Shown piece by piece: positions 37,345 to 47,433 of a stretch of 64,000 nucleotides of DNA. The stretch lies in IMG/VR virus record IMGVR_UViG_3300045594_000116, positions 64,001 through 128,000 of that record. One strand, 5' to 3'. Position numbers and translations under genes: made by a program. The DNA is from a virus. Taxonomy: Duplodnaviria; Caudoviricetes. Positions within the stretch are counted from its first letter, which is position 1, and each line of letters begins with the position of its first letter. The notes under the pieces are model-generated. The model made no database searches. It was not told where the DNA came from and saw nothing but the letters and a program-made list of their open reading frames with translations.

Positions 37345-38779
37345 CGAATATTTGGAAGATACTAGATATGCTCAGTATCTTATTGAAATGACGGCTGAAG
37401 AGGAAAAGCTGAAAGGCTTTACTGAAGCTCTTATCGGTGTACATGAAGGTGCAAGCATCGATAGCCTTATGGCTATTCGTGAAGGCGTTAGCGATAAGAT
37501 CAATGGTGTATGGGAGAAGTTTAAAGGATTCCTTGAGAGAATCTGGGCTAAGTTCATGAACTATGCCAACAAAGCTATCCTGAATCAGGTTGAGTATCTT
37601 GAGCAGTATAAAGATATCATTCTCAATCGTAAGCCTAACGACTTTGCTTTTGAAATGACCGATTATCCTGCTGGTATTCAGCGGATGGGCTCTGTAACCA
37701 TTCCGGTCTTTAAGACGGTTATCGACAAAGTCACTACAGAACCAACTGATACGAGTTTCATGCACACCATCATTGGTGAGTACGATGATAAGACCCCATG
37801 GCCTACGTTCTGTGCTCAGTTCTTTGAAGGTGGTACTGTTCAGAAACCTGCAAATCTGCAGAATATGAATATGACCGATCTTTACAATTACTGCCATGAC
37901 TTCAAGTCTAGAATCCTTTCCAATATCGAGAAGGATCAGAAGACTTTGCAGGGAACGCTCGACAGTATCAGAGGCGATATCACTTCTGCTAGTCAGGCCG
38001 CAGCAAAGCCGGCAGCAACGGCTCCAGAAGCTAAGAAGCCTGAAGATACCGGGAATTCAGCCCCTACGAATAATACCCAGCCTACATCTCAGAATTCAAG
38101 TTTTATTGACGATACGTATAAGCATTTCTTTACTGAAGATATGACTATCGGAAAGCCGGATGACAATAAGGACAATGGAACTGCAAAAGCTCCTACGTCT
38201 ACTCAGACCGCTGGAAATTCCACGGTTACGAATCAGTCATCTACGAAACTTGGCTCTACTACAGGAACCAATACTGGTGTAAGCTCCTTGAAGACTACGA
38301 CAGACGCTAAGGGTGCAGATACCAGCGCTCAGGTAGATACCAAGGGACAGGATTCTGAACAGCTTAAAACCCTTGAAGAGAAATTGAAGAACTATGATAC
38401 AGTTGCTGCAGGCGTACTTACTGGTAAACTGCAGGCTGCACAGAATATCTTCAATGACTATATGAAGCTGATCAAAATCCATATCCAGCAGCAGACTGGT
38501 AAGGGTGGTACTAACCAGGCAGCAGCCAATGGTACTAACACTAATCAGGCTCTTGATCTTTCTGGACTTGGTGATCTGGCTGACTTCGCGGTAGATGCAG
38601 GTAAGATTGTTAAGAATGATCCTCCATATAACGATGCTCAGAAGAAAGCTGAAACTATCAAGCAGTATATCGATAAAGTTAAGAATAACAATCCTAACTT
38701 TACTGGTAACTTCAATGATATCATGAAAGCAGCATCTTCGCAGATTGCAGCTCAACAGAAAAAAACTGAGGGTAAATAA
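37337..38779 (+). CDS. Internal head protein-like, paralog 4
   Basis: GGAGG RBS then GTG at 37337; IRE|GVSDKINGVWEKFKGFLERIWAKF. Confidence 0.7.
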   Translation: MRNEYLEDTRYAQYLIEMTAEEEKLKGFTEALIGVHEGASIDSLMAIREGVSDKINGVWEKFKGFLERIWAKFMNYANKAILNQVEYLEQYKDIILNRKPNDFAFEMTDYPAGIQRMGSVTIPVFKTVIDKVTTEPTDTSFMHTIIGEYDDKTPWPTFCAQFFEGGTVQKPANLQNMNMTDLYNYCHDFKSRILSNIEKDQKTLQGTLDSIRGDITSASQAAAKPAATAPEAKKPEDTGNSAPTNNTQPTSQNSSFIDDTYKHFFTEDMTIGKPDDNKDNGTAKAPTSTQTAGNSTVTNQSSTKLGSTTGTNTGVSSLKTTTDAKGADTSAQVDTKGQDSEQLKTLEEKLKNYDTVAAGVLTGKLQAAQNIFNDYMKLIKIHIQQQTGKGGTNQAAANGTNTNQALDLSGLGDLADFAVDAGKIVKNDPPYNDAQKKAETIKQYIDKVKNNNPNFTGNFNDIMKAASSQIAAQQKKTEGK

Positions 38780-38800
38780 TACCCAAATGACAAATAATAT

Positions 38801-38825
38801 CCCTGTACTCGTAATGAGTACAGGG
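38801..38825. terminator. CCCTCTAC hairpin family copy 4 (compensatory variant), between convergent genes
   Basis: CCCTGTACTC-gtaat-GAGTACAGGG. Confidence 0.75.
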
Positions 38826-38836
38826 ACTTATTGTGT

Positions 38837-41521
38837 TTATTTTTTCGTTGTATCAGTAGTAGTAGTTTTAGCATATTTAGGATCTTTAGAAAGGGTATCC
38901 AAAGCATCTGCTTTAGTATAACCTTTACTGATAAGATAGTTAATATCATTATCGGTATATGCAACCCCATTAGGACCAATTTCCTTATTTGCTACTTTAT
39001 TAGCATTTATCTGTAACTGGCCATTTACGGTATTCATATCAGCATATGATTTTTGAATATCTGCTCCGGTATCTACTACTTTCATAAGGCTATCAATACT
39101 GAAATTGCCACCCTTAAGATCATTGATAATATCTCTCGCTCCAAGGATAATAGCTCGTCTATCAGCCTTCTGTGCTTTCTGGAGTCTTTCAGCTTCAGCA
39201 GCTGCAGTTTCAGCTGTAGTAGCAGCATCCTTAGATTTCTTAGACTTAGAGTCTTCTGCGACCTTATCAAATTCAAGCATCGTATTTAACGTGAACTTAT
39301 CATCTTCACGTACAAAGAACTCTACTTTTCTAGACAAGATAAATGTACCATCCTTATCGGAATGAGCATCATAATTCTTAATGATGTATTCTTTATTAGG
39401 AGTAAATACTTCAGAGTCAAGATCATTTTTATTGACAACTAAGCGGTTGGCTTTGTTCTCAATAGATGACTTAATATTCTTAAGCATATTGTAATTATCG
39501 TTGTCAAGCTTCAAAACGGCGGTACCCGTACCACTTGCACTAAGATTGAGTTTCAAATCGAAAGCGGACAATCCGAGCTTCCCAAGTTGGGCTATATCCT
39601 TTACTTTAGAGAAGTCTTCTTGAAGGTCTTTAAGCGAACCAAACTTAAAACCTCCATTCATTATCTGCCCACCAGCACTCTTCATATTTCCAAGCAGTCC
39701 AGAAATATTTTGCTGAATGCCTTTAGCCATTCCAGACCAATCAGGCTTGAATTCACTAAGAGTAGATCCAAGGTCTACTGAACTGGTATTAACTTGCTTA
39801 ACAGTGGCTGCAAGATCCTCATGTATTCCTTTGAATACATCTTTCATATTAGTGAATTTATCAATATCACTTTGCGTTCCTTCTACTATAGAGGCCATTT
39901 CTTTCTGTAAAGGAACCATAGCTTCATAAGTAGATGTGATGTCTGGTTCTTCTACAGCTGGAGCATTACCACTAGCTGCAGCAGCACCATTCTTAGTCTG
40001 CTCTGCCAGCCACTTAGCTTCATATACAATCTCTCCAGTAGCGTCATATGTCATTTGTCCACCACCAAAGCAACCAGCCATAGGCCCCATGATCTTTTTC
40101 ATCATGCTATCTTTATAAGCTTCTAAGCTAGAATGAAATCCATTAAGAAGACCTTTGTTATCAAATACATTGATAGCACTTACGGCATTAACAGATGAAG
40201 GGATCATGCTAGTAGCCATAGAAGCATCTATAGCAGTATTACCAGTAGAAGCAGCTACATCATTCAACTTGTAGAACTCTTCTGCTGTTGTATTAGCCCT
40301 TTCCATATTATCTGTTATCATCTTAATATATTCTTGCTTCTTATCTCCAGTCATGGTGAAGCACTTCACCGTCTGACTAGCTCCGTTTTCATCTGTATAA
40401 TCAGGAGCCGATTCCGGAATCTTCTTTATCTGCTCAATAAGAGTATCAACCAACTTCTTGAACTTTTCCATATCTTCTTTGAGAGTAGTAACACGAGCTC
40501 TACAGTCAACCTTGATATCTCTAATTCCCATAGGAATCTGCTTAAGAACTGGAAGTATCGCATCAACTTTCTTGTTGATAGCTTCTTTCTGAGCATTGAT
40601 CTGATTAATGGTATTATTCATGGCTTCACAGTTAAGGATAGAGTTTCCTTTACTTGGGTCCATGATAGCCGATATATCATTCATATACTTACAGGTAGTA
40701 TTATCTATGCTATAGTTGCTATCTTTTACATTGATATCTACACTGTATCTCTTATTAGTTTCGTCTTCTTCCATTCCTTGCACAAGAGCTTCAGCCTTAT
40801 CTAGAGATTGAATAGTCAAGTATACACTACTATACTTTTCAGTTTTCTTGGCGACTGCATCACCGCAGCTGCTAAGAAGGTATATACAATCGCAATCTAT
40901 AAAGAATCGATACTGAGTAGTATAGAATACTTTATAAGAGTTCATGAAAGCGATGAACTTTGATAGACTCTCTTGAGGGGGAATAGTTAACTGATCCACT
41001 ATTTCATTATAATCGAATTTCTGAATAGTAGTTGGAAAAGCAGATAGCTGATCCATTACCACATTCATGATAGCTGTATTTACGATGACATTGTTAGTTG
41101 TAGCGCTATTCTCCTCATTAGCTGTCTTGAAATACAGTCCTAAGAAAATGGATTTGTATACATCCTTTTTATCAGGATTATCCGCATAATCGATTTCCTT
41201 GTTGTAATTGATATCATCTGTTATGAAGTAAGAATACTCTCCAGACCATGCGGTCTGTTGTGCTGCGTCTTGTGTCTGAGTAGCTCCATCATCTTCTACA
41301 TGAACTTTATTAGCATAGATAAAGATACTAGCAGTCTTAGCATTCATAATTACTTTATCCACATTATTCTTATCCAGAGTCAGTGAACAAACAATTTTAC
41401 TGATATTCTCTTTATCGTAGTTATTATCACGCATAAAGGTTTTGAAGTTTTCTTGCTTGATATCAAATGTATCATTACCATTCTTCCATTGAGCGGTTAT
41501 GATATATTTACATCTGTACAC
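38837..41521 (-). CDS. Putative baseplate hub / tail structural protein with coiled-coil insert and C-terminal PNG..DPKY repeat
   Basis: GGAGG RBS; beta-rich N- and C-terminal parts around a long helical region; ends GPNGVAYTDNDINYLISKGYTKADALDTLSKDPKY. Confidence 0.55.
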   Translation of the reverse strand: MYRCKYIITAQWKNGNDTFDIKQENFKTFMRDNNYDKENISKIVCSLTLDKNNVDKVIMNAKTASIFIYANKVHVEDDGATQTQDAAQQTAWSGEYSYFITDDINYNKEIDYADNPDKKDVYKSIFLGLYFKTANEENSATTNNVIVNTAIMNVVMDQLSAFPTTIQKFDYNEIVDQLTIPPQESLSKFIAFMNSYKVFYTTQYRFFIDCDCIYLLSSCGDAVAKKTEKYSSVYLTIQSLDKAEALVQGMEEDETNKRYSVDINVKDSNYSIDNTTCKYMNDISAIMDPSKGNSILNCEAMNNTINQINAQKEAINKKVDAILPVLKQIPMGIRDIKVDCRARVTTLKEDMEKFKKLVDTLIEQIKKIPESAPDYTDENGASQTVKCFTMTGDKKQEYIKMITDNMERANTTAEEFYKLNDVAASTGNTAIDASMATSMIPSSVNAVSAINVFDNKGLLNGFHSSLEAYKDSMMKKIMGPMAGCFGGGQMTYDATGEIVYEAKWLAEQTKNGAAAASGNAPAVEEPDITSTYEAMVPLQKEMASIVEGTQSDIDKFTNMKDVFKGIHEDLAATVKQVNTSSVDLGSTLSEFKPDWSGMAKGIQQNISGLLGNMKSAGGQIMNGGFKFGSLKDLQEDFSKVKDIAQLGKLGLSAFDLKLNLSASGTGTAVLKLDNDNYNMLKNIKSSIENKANRLVVNKNDLDSEVFTPNKEYIIKNYDAHSDKDGTFILSRKVEFFVREDDKFTLNTMLEFDKVAEDSKSKKSKDAATTAETAAAEAERLQKAQKADRRAIILGARDIINDLKGGNFSIDSLMKVVDTGADIQKSYADMNTVNGQLQINANKVANKEIGPNGVAYTDNDINYLISKGYTKADALDTLSKDPKYAKTTTTDTTKK

Positions 41522-41548
41522 ATTTTACACCTCCATTACAAAAAATAA

Positions 41549-41576
41549 AAGGTAATAGCATAATGCTATTACCTTT
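41549..41576 (-). terminator. Hairpin / terminator
   Basis: AAGGTAATAGCA-taa-TGCTATTACCTT with an A run to its left (T run on the minus strand). Confidence 0.7.
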
Positions 41577-41581
41577 GTGTT

Positions 41582-42649
41582 TCAGACGCCTTCGAAGTTG
41601 ATTGGATAATGGGTAAAGTATCGCCCATTAATGTATTTCATAGCATCAGGATCTTCAAGCTGTGTGAGGAATGCATTCTCAGTAGCTTCAGGCGTATGCT
41701 GATATATAGCAAGCTGTGTGTTAATATCAATCGCCATGAATCTATTGTAAAACGCCTCATACGACAATAGCCTTTGATTCTTAGCTTTACATTTCTCGCT
41801 TAAGAAGCGATAAGTCCCTTCAATATTGCCAATCATTTCTTTTGGCATATCTGATAAAAGATTTACCGATGTTACAATATCCTTACTACTGATCACATTC
41901 TTTTTAGGAATGCCACTCAGTACCATGATAGTTGAAATAAGCTTAGGATAAACAGGATGGTCTATCACTATCTTACGTGTCTCATGGGCAAATGCATTAA
42001 TAGCATTTACAAAATTGTAAGAATACGCAATCGTAGCTTTTTTCTTAGCATTGTACTTACGTCTGAATACAACAGTATCTTCGCAGTTTGCCGGCAAGCA
42101 ATACATATACTCAGATGAAGATATCACTACATTAGGGAATTGCTGAAATAATGGAATCGTAGTTATAAGATTCTTTATTATGACAGCGGGTTCCACCGTT
42201 CCAAACTTGAAATACACATCAGGCATATATGGAACAAGCATCTTTACAAACTCTAATGCCCGATCTACTTTATCACCTATCTCACTGTTAGATAATACAC
42301 GATCTCTATACTTAGAATTATACTCTGGGCAGTATCTTGAGATATTGATAGAGGTCATATTTGAATAAACAAATATAATCTGTGTCGTTACCCTATGACG
42401 AGTCCAAAAGTATTTTCTATAGTGCGATACCATGTTTAAAATACACGATGAGATAAGCTCTATAGCATGACTAGTATTCAAATGCCGATATAGAGGAAGC
42501 AAAGCTTCATATAAGTCAATGAATACATTTACATGCTCAGCGCTAGACCCTTCAAATTCCAAACCTACCAATGTGTTCAGATGTTCATAGCGAATATACT
42601 GTCCGTACATAACTTGATCTAAAGGCATATCCTGATCATATCGCTGCAT
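41582..42649 (-). CDS. Divergent 5'-3' exonuclease (FEN/T4 RNase H-like PIN fold) protein
   Basis: Motif order VFID, IFVY, PEY..R, VEP..II, VVISS resembles FEN-family nucleases, but several acidic residues are absent. Confidence 0.45.
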   Translation of the reverse strand: MQRYDQDMPLDQVMYGQYIRYEHLNTLVGLEFEGSSAEHVNVFIDLYEALLPLYRHLNTSHAIELISSCILNMVSHYRKYFWTRHRVTTQIIFVYSNMTSINISRYCPEYNSKYRDRVLSNSEIGDKVDRALEFVKMLVPYMPDVYFKFGTVEPAVIIKNLITTIPLFQQFPNVVISSSEYMYCLPANCEDTVVFRRKYNAKKKATIAYSYNFVNAINAFAHETRKIVIDHPVYPKLISTIMVLSGIPKKNVISSKDIVTSVNLLSDMPKEMIGNIEGTYRFLSEKCKAKNQRLLSYEAFYNRFMAIDINTQLAIYQHTPEATENAFLTQLEDPDAMKYINGRYFTHYPINFEGV

Positions 42650-42661
42650 CTGTAATCCTCC

Positions 42662-43087
42662 TTACATTGGGCATTTGCTACAATGGTAGCATCTCTCTAA
42701 CTTACTGTGATGCTCAGGCTGAGCTAAGTCATAAAGATTATCAAGGCACTCTTGGCATAACCCGCTGAATATCCAGTTAGTAGGTGACTCTATAAGTTTA
42801 CCACAAGCTTTACATGCAACTGGCAATACTTCTGCCTTTTGCATACGTTTGATACACGATTGGCAGAAATGAGCTTTCATCTCTTTAGGGTCAATGCAAT
42901 CTACTTCACCGCAGATGATGCATTTAAAGAAATGAAGTTTTGCGGTTTGAGGCATACCATCATACTTGCAATTTTCAAAGATACACCTACCTGCAATATC
43001 TTTATGCTTACAATCTGCTGTTGGATGCTTACACATCTCAAACTGGGGATACGGAGCAGCCCCAGTGTCTCCCTCCATCTTAGCCAT
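42662..43087 (-). CDS. Cys-rich zinc-binding protein
   Basis: Five CxxC pairs plus further Cys residues in 141 aa. Confidence 0.65.
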   Translation of the reverse strand: MAKMEGDTGAAPYPQFEMCKHPTADCKHKDIAGRCIFENCKYDGMPQTAKLHFFKCIICGEVDCIDPKEMKAHFCQSCIKRMQKAEVLPVACKACGKLIESPTNWIFSGLCQECLDNLYDLAQPEHHSKLERCYHCSKCPM

Positions 43088-43090
43088 AGC

Positions 43091-43477
43091 TTACACCAGC
43101 TCTTTCGGATCATAGAATTTTGTGTCACTTGGAACTTCTTTGATCTTCTTTACCTTCTTGGGTCCAATTACATGAGACAATGCACTCATGAAATCATCAC
43201 GCTTCTGTAATGACTCAATGCACTGCTCTGTATCTCCATACCCATTGTCGATCAAAGATTTGGTAAGATTATGCGGGCCATCATCAGTGAGGAACGTTAC
43301 TCCCTTAGATGCTTTCTCGCTATCTACATCCACAAACCATTTACGAATCTCGAGCTTTTCTTTACCGCTACCCCATGCGAGTTTACGCATCATGATAACA
43401 GCATTACCACGCTCATCTACAACTTCATCAATATCTCCTACTGTGTAGCTGTAGTCTTTCTCTGCACCATAAGCCAT
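43091..43477 (-). CDS. PC4/YdbC-like ssDNA-binding protein
   Basis: MRKLAWG...KLEIRKW...SKGVTF matches the YdbC/PC4 pattern (L..VSW..KYDIR.W..KG.TL); AGGAGG RBS. Confidence 0.7.
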   Translation of the reverse strand: MAYGAEKDYSYTVGDIDEVVDERGNAVIMMRKLAWGSGKEKLEIRKWFVDVDSEKASKGVTFLTDDGPHNLTKSLIDNGYGDTEQCIESLQKRDDFMSALSHVIGPKKVKKIKEVPSDTKFYDPKELV

Positions 43478-43510
43478 TATAGTTTCCTCCTAAATTTAAA
43501 AAATAAATAA

Positions 43511-43533
43511 GGAGTAGCGTTATCCGCTACTCC
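43511..43533 (-). terminator. Hairpin / terminator
   Basis: GGAGTAGCG-ttatc-CGCTACTCC with A-rich left flank. Confidence 0.65.
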
Positions 43534-43561
43534 CATATTTACTTCTCTTCTACTCTTAACG

Positions 43562-44371
43562 TTAACGACGAACGTTGCTGAAGCCCATGCTATTGCTAAC
43601 CGGAGCTCCGATGATCGTTGCATTCGCCTTGATCGAAGATTCTTCGTCGATCTGGATGATCTCGAAGGCGTAGTTATTTGCATAACCAGCCTGAACCTGA
43701 CCCTGCTGCATCTGCAGTTCCGGAACCATGCCCAGAGCACGCTGAACAGTGATCATGTAAGATACATGATTGCCCTCCTCCGTCTTGCTTCCATAGAAGC
43801 GATTGACGAAGTTAACAATGTCCACATTCACCTTGAATGCGATCTGCGGGCTCGGGTTACCGAATACAGTGCCTAGGCAGATTTCCTGAGAAGCAGCACC
43901 CCAATTGATCTTCGGGATGTTACGCTCATGATCAAAGCCATTGCGGAAGTTCGGACCCACGAACGGAGTCAGAGCCTCTTTAGCTTCCTGCGTCAGGCGA
44001 TAGCGCGTGGACGTAGTTTTTGCACCATTCCAACGTGCGATCTTCGCCATCATATCGCCACCCTTGTTCGGAGCGATTGTCGACTCGAGCGCAACGAGTT
44101 TCTTCGTTTTCTCAGCTGCATACGTGTCCAGCGGCGTGAATGCAATTTCTGCAACGATTACGCCGTTGTTGTTTACGTTGATGCGGGAACCCATGTAATC
44201 CGCAAACGTAGAACCAAATACCTCATCGATCATGTCGGTGAGCTGTTTGGTGTTGATCAACGAAACTGCGTGAGTCATTTCAAACTTACGCGGCTGAATG
44301 TTGATCGTGCATACCCCCGTGTTTTTCTCCTCGTTGTTGACCTTCTGATTGTTGTTTTTCTGATTCATCAT
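43562..44371 (-). CDS. Hypothetical protein, probably abundant and early
   Basis: AAAGGAGG RBS; strong codon bias; early motif TATATTATA-gata-TGA at ~44460-44475. Confidence 0.75.
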   Translation of the reverse strand: MMNQKNNNQKVNNEEKNTGVCTINIQPRKFEMTHAVSLINTKQLTDMIDEVFGSTFADYMGSRINVNNNGVIVAEIAFTPLDTYAAEKTKKLVALESTIAPNKGGDMMAKIARWNGAKTTSTRYRLTQEAKEALTPFVGPNFRNGFDHERNIPKINWGAASQEICLGTVFGNPSPQIAFKVNVDIVNFVNRFYGSKTEEGNHVSYMITVQRALGMVPELQMQQGQVQAGYANNYAFEIIQIDEESSIKANATIIGAPVSNSMGFSNVRR

Positions 44372-44493
44372 TAGTGAATCCTCCTTTAATTTATTCTATA
44401 AAAGCCAATCCCTAGTTCTCTCCTGGGGAGCTAGGTAACTGCTATCATAGCTATGTTTATCATATCTATAATATATGATCATTTAACCGTTTA

Positions 44494-45393
44494 TTAACGG
44501 TTAAATTTAGCGATCTCCTCGTCACTCAAATGTTGAGGCTTTATAAATTCACCTTTCTGATACTGTACAACGTAAACGCTGCCACTATCATCTCTGATGA
44601 GCATAAAGTCTGTAATGATTTTGGAGAAGTCTAAATCATACCAATATGGGATAATTTCTACTTCAAGCATGTAGTGAGAAATCTTATCCTGAAGGAAATA
44701 TAACTGAGTAAGGGAAAGACCTTCTCTTCCAATATCATCAGTCATTACCAAACCAGGCATCGAAGTGATCTCAAACATACTATCGAACATATCCCAGAAT
44801 GAATGTCTCTCAAACAGTTCCTTAAGGGAACTGCAGAAATCATCATTCTTTTTAAACTTTTGTTTCGTATCCAGTAAAATCTTATTGGCTGCAGCCTCAG
44901 CACTGGATGCGATATCGAGAATACTATCAATTGTATCATCGCGATAAATAGAAATATTATAAGACTTGATAAGTTTATCAAAGCCTTTAGCATCATCGTA
45001 GCTTACATAACTCGGACAATTATCTCTTGAAAGAGCTACACCGAATCTTTTAATACCAGAAAAGCTCTGGTAATATGGATTGACGATATTCTGTCGGCAC
45101 ATCGCATAATCTGTATTCTCCGATGCCCTGCCGATCATAGCAACTACATCTTTTAATGCATTATGTTTTCCGACCTGCACGATGGCGATAATGAATACGC
45201 CATGTGGGTTAAGAGGACGATATTCTTTGATTTCTTCTACTGAGTATTCACGACGCGTATCAGGTTCGCCGTCCATTTGTGCAATCATTACTTTATCTGA
45301 TTTACGACGAATAACTCGGATTACTTCGACTTCATTGTCGTTAATGGCTTTATAAAGTTTAAGCCCGTTATAGTTTGCTTGTCTTTTTGGCAT
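44494..45393 (-). CDS. Hypothetical protein
   Basis: AAGGAG RBS; early motif TATATTATA-atat-TGG at ~45456-45471. Confidence 0.75.
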   Translation of the reverse strand: MPKRQANYNGLKLYKAINDNEVEVIRVIRRKSDKVMIAQMDGEPDTRREYSVEEIKEYRPLNPHGVFIIAIVQVGKHNALKDVVAMIGRASENTDYAMCRQNIVNPYYQSFSGIKRFGVALSRDNCPSYVSYDDAKGFDKLIKSYNISIYRDDTIDSILDIASSAEAAANKILLDTKQKFKKNDDFCSSLKELFERHSFWDMFDSMFEITSMPGLVMTDDIGREGLSLTQLYFLQDKISHYMLEVEIIPYWYDLDFSKIITDFMLIRDDSGSVYVVQYQKGEFIKPQHLSDEEIAKFNR

Positions 45394-45528
45394 TGCTCAT
45401 ATCTCCTTTTTAGTTGTAAAAATTATTAAGTAGTATAGCATAGAATAATTTATTACCAATATTATAATATATAAGTAAAGGAGTTTATTCCTTGCTCCTT
45501 TACATTTTATACTTCTATAGTATCATAC

Positions 45529-45574
45529 ACACAGATATTCCCTCTACCCCATATAGGTAGAGGGATATTCTGTG
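45529..45574. terminator. CCCTCTAC hairpin family copy 5 with extended CACAGA/TCTGTG stem
   Basis: cacagatattcCCCTCTACC-catata-GGTAGAGGGatattctgtg. Confidence 0.75.
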
Positions 45575-45579
45575 TTTTA

Positions 45580-47433
45580 TTACTTGATTCCGATTATTCT
45601 TTTAAAAAGATCGATAGTGTAAAGTAACGTACTTCTACGAATCTTTACTCTATCATCAGAGAATGGACTATCCTGATATTCCTTAAGCATATCAAAGTTT
45701 CTATCATATTTCTGTACGATAGCCATATACTTTGTAATATCATTGATAATCTTTGCCCTAGCTTTATGATAATCCTGTATCTTCTTTTTACTACGTTCCT
45801 GATGGATTTTCTCCTCAAGAATCGTATTCAGATACCAAAGTTTGCAAAGGCAATATTTCATTCCTTCTACGTTCTTTGCTTTCTCATATTGTTTAAGAGC
45901 AAGATGTGTTGTAGAATACTCAGCTTCAAAGTCTACATCGAGACCCTTATCTATAAGAAGGTTTCCATCATCATCAAACTGAATAGGCCATTCTTTTGCT
46001 TCCATAATGCATGAGAATGAATCTATCAATGTATTCTCTGTTTTAGGAGCATTAGACTTGGAAAGCGAATCGATATAGCTCAATACCTTTGCCGCCGAAT
46101 ACTTCTTAGGTGATCCATAGAATACCTTATAGATGAATGCCGAATACTTCTTTTTCTTTACTGCTCTATTCAAACTTCCAGGAGATACCATATTAGAACC
46201 AATCTTAGTGATATCTACATCTGCAAGCTTGAGCATGCTATCCACAAACTGAGAGCATACCATCTTTACGTTATCAACGTAATTGATATTGAGCGGTATA
46301 GTAATCAGATTGATAAGAGAGTAGTCAGCATGTGATTCTTTCAGCTTTTCTATCTTCTGCTTAAGCTTATTGTATCTTTCCTTAGATACAAATACTGCAT
46401 ATACTTGAATAGCTTTATCAGATGTGCGTTCTTTCAACGATTGTGCCTGAAACCCACCAGGGAAAGAGAAACTATACAAAGTTTTCATAGATGCATCAAA
46501 TGATAATGCTGAATGTGAGTATACTGACTTAGTAGCTATTCTAGTCAATTTATTGAAAAATGTCTCAGAATTGAAGAAAACTACGTATAGTGGGTACACA
46601 TCAAGGGAAGTCTCTGTAAACGCGTTTTTCGCATTTTTGACACTCTCAGATACATCCAAAATGGTGTAATTAGAAACTGATTCTGAGATGATCTTGCTAA
46701 CTCTTTTGCTGGCAAAGCGTTTAGTAGATTCATTATATTGTATTTCTGGATTCCATCCTAGATCAAGTATAGATTGCTTAACAGCATCTACATCTTTCTT
46801 ATCAGAAGTCTTAGAAAGTTTCATATACAGTTTCTTTAAAGTATTATCCCAATCGGTGTATCTGGACATGGTAGATCCAAATCCATTCAGCCTATTGCAA
46901 TAATGCTTATACCATTCCGCTGCATCCAAGTCAGTTTTGAATGCCTCTTTAGAGTACATAGGATTTTCACTCAAGTATGACACTCCAAGGTGCTCCATTT
47001 CGTTAGATGTGAAGTAAGGAGTGCCGAGAAATCTTACAGAATTATCGGCATCGACCCTATCAACTATATCTTCTGTAGCACATTCAGAAAGATACTTACT
47101 ACGAATATCAATAGGTTTCATAAGAGCTGCCGACTCAAGAGCCGGGCTGTATCTCTTATCAAACAAACTATCATTGATATCGTTCTTTAAGAATTCATGC
47201 GCCATTTTCTCATAGCGAGTTCTGTTATCAAAGTTAAATAACTCTATCGATTTCCAGTCAGATTCATGCTGAAAATCTATAGGCATTTCTTGATATGAAT
47301 TGAAGTCCTGCTTAAGCGATTTAAAATCTGGATACTTACTATACAGAAGAATCTTATTGTTACCAATACGCCATTTCTTAACTTCTCTATCGCCAAGCTC
47401 TACATGCTTGATTTCTTCATCAATGTTTAACAT
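45580..47433 (-). CDS. Virion-type protein containing a permuted papain-like (NlpC/P60, YiiX/YaeF-like) domain
   Basis: YSHSALSFD (~46510) precedes Y.L..MVCSQFV..SPG.L (~46250), the His-before-Cys order of permuted NlpC/P60; start MLNIDEE at 47433 after GGTGG. Confidence 0.65.
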   Translation of the reverse strand: MLNIDEEIKHVELGDREVKKWRIGNNKILLYSKYPDFKSLKQDFNSYQEMPIDFQHESDWKSIELFNFDNRTRYEKMAHEFLKNDINDSLFDKRYSPALESAALMKPIDIRSKYLSECATEDIVDRVDADNSVRFLGTPYFTSNEMEHLGVSYLSENPMYSKEAFKTDLDAAEWYKHYCNRLNGFGSTMSRYTDWDNTLKKLYMKLSKTSDKKDVDAVKQSILDLGWNPEIQYNESTKRFASKRVSKIISESVSNYTILDVSESVKNAKNAFTETSLDVYPLYVVFFNSETFFNKLTRIATKSVYSHSALSFDASMKTLYSFSFPGGFQAQSLKERTSDKAIQVYAVFVSKERYNKLKQKIEKLKESHADYSLINLITIPLNINYVDNVKMVCSQFVDSMLKLADVDITKIGSNMVSPGSLNRAVKKKKYSAFIYKVFYGSPKKYSAAKVLSYIDSLSKSNAPKTENTLIDSFSCIMEAKEWPIQFDDDGNLLIDKGLDVDFEAEYSTTHLALKQYEKAKNVEGMKYCLCKLWYLNTILEEKIHQERSKKKIQDYHKARAKIINDITKYMAIVQKYDRNFDMLKEYQDSPFSDDRVKIRRSTLLYTIDLFKRIIGIK

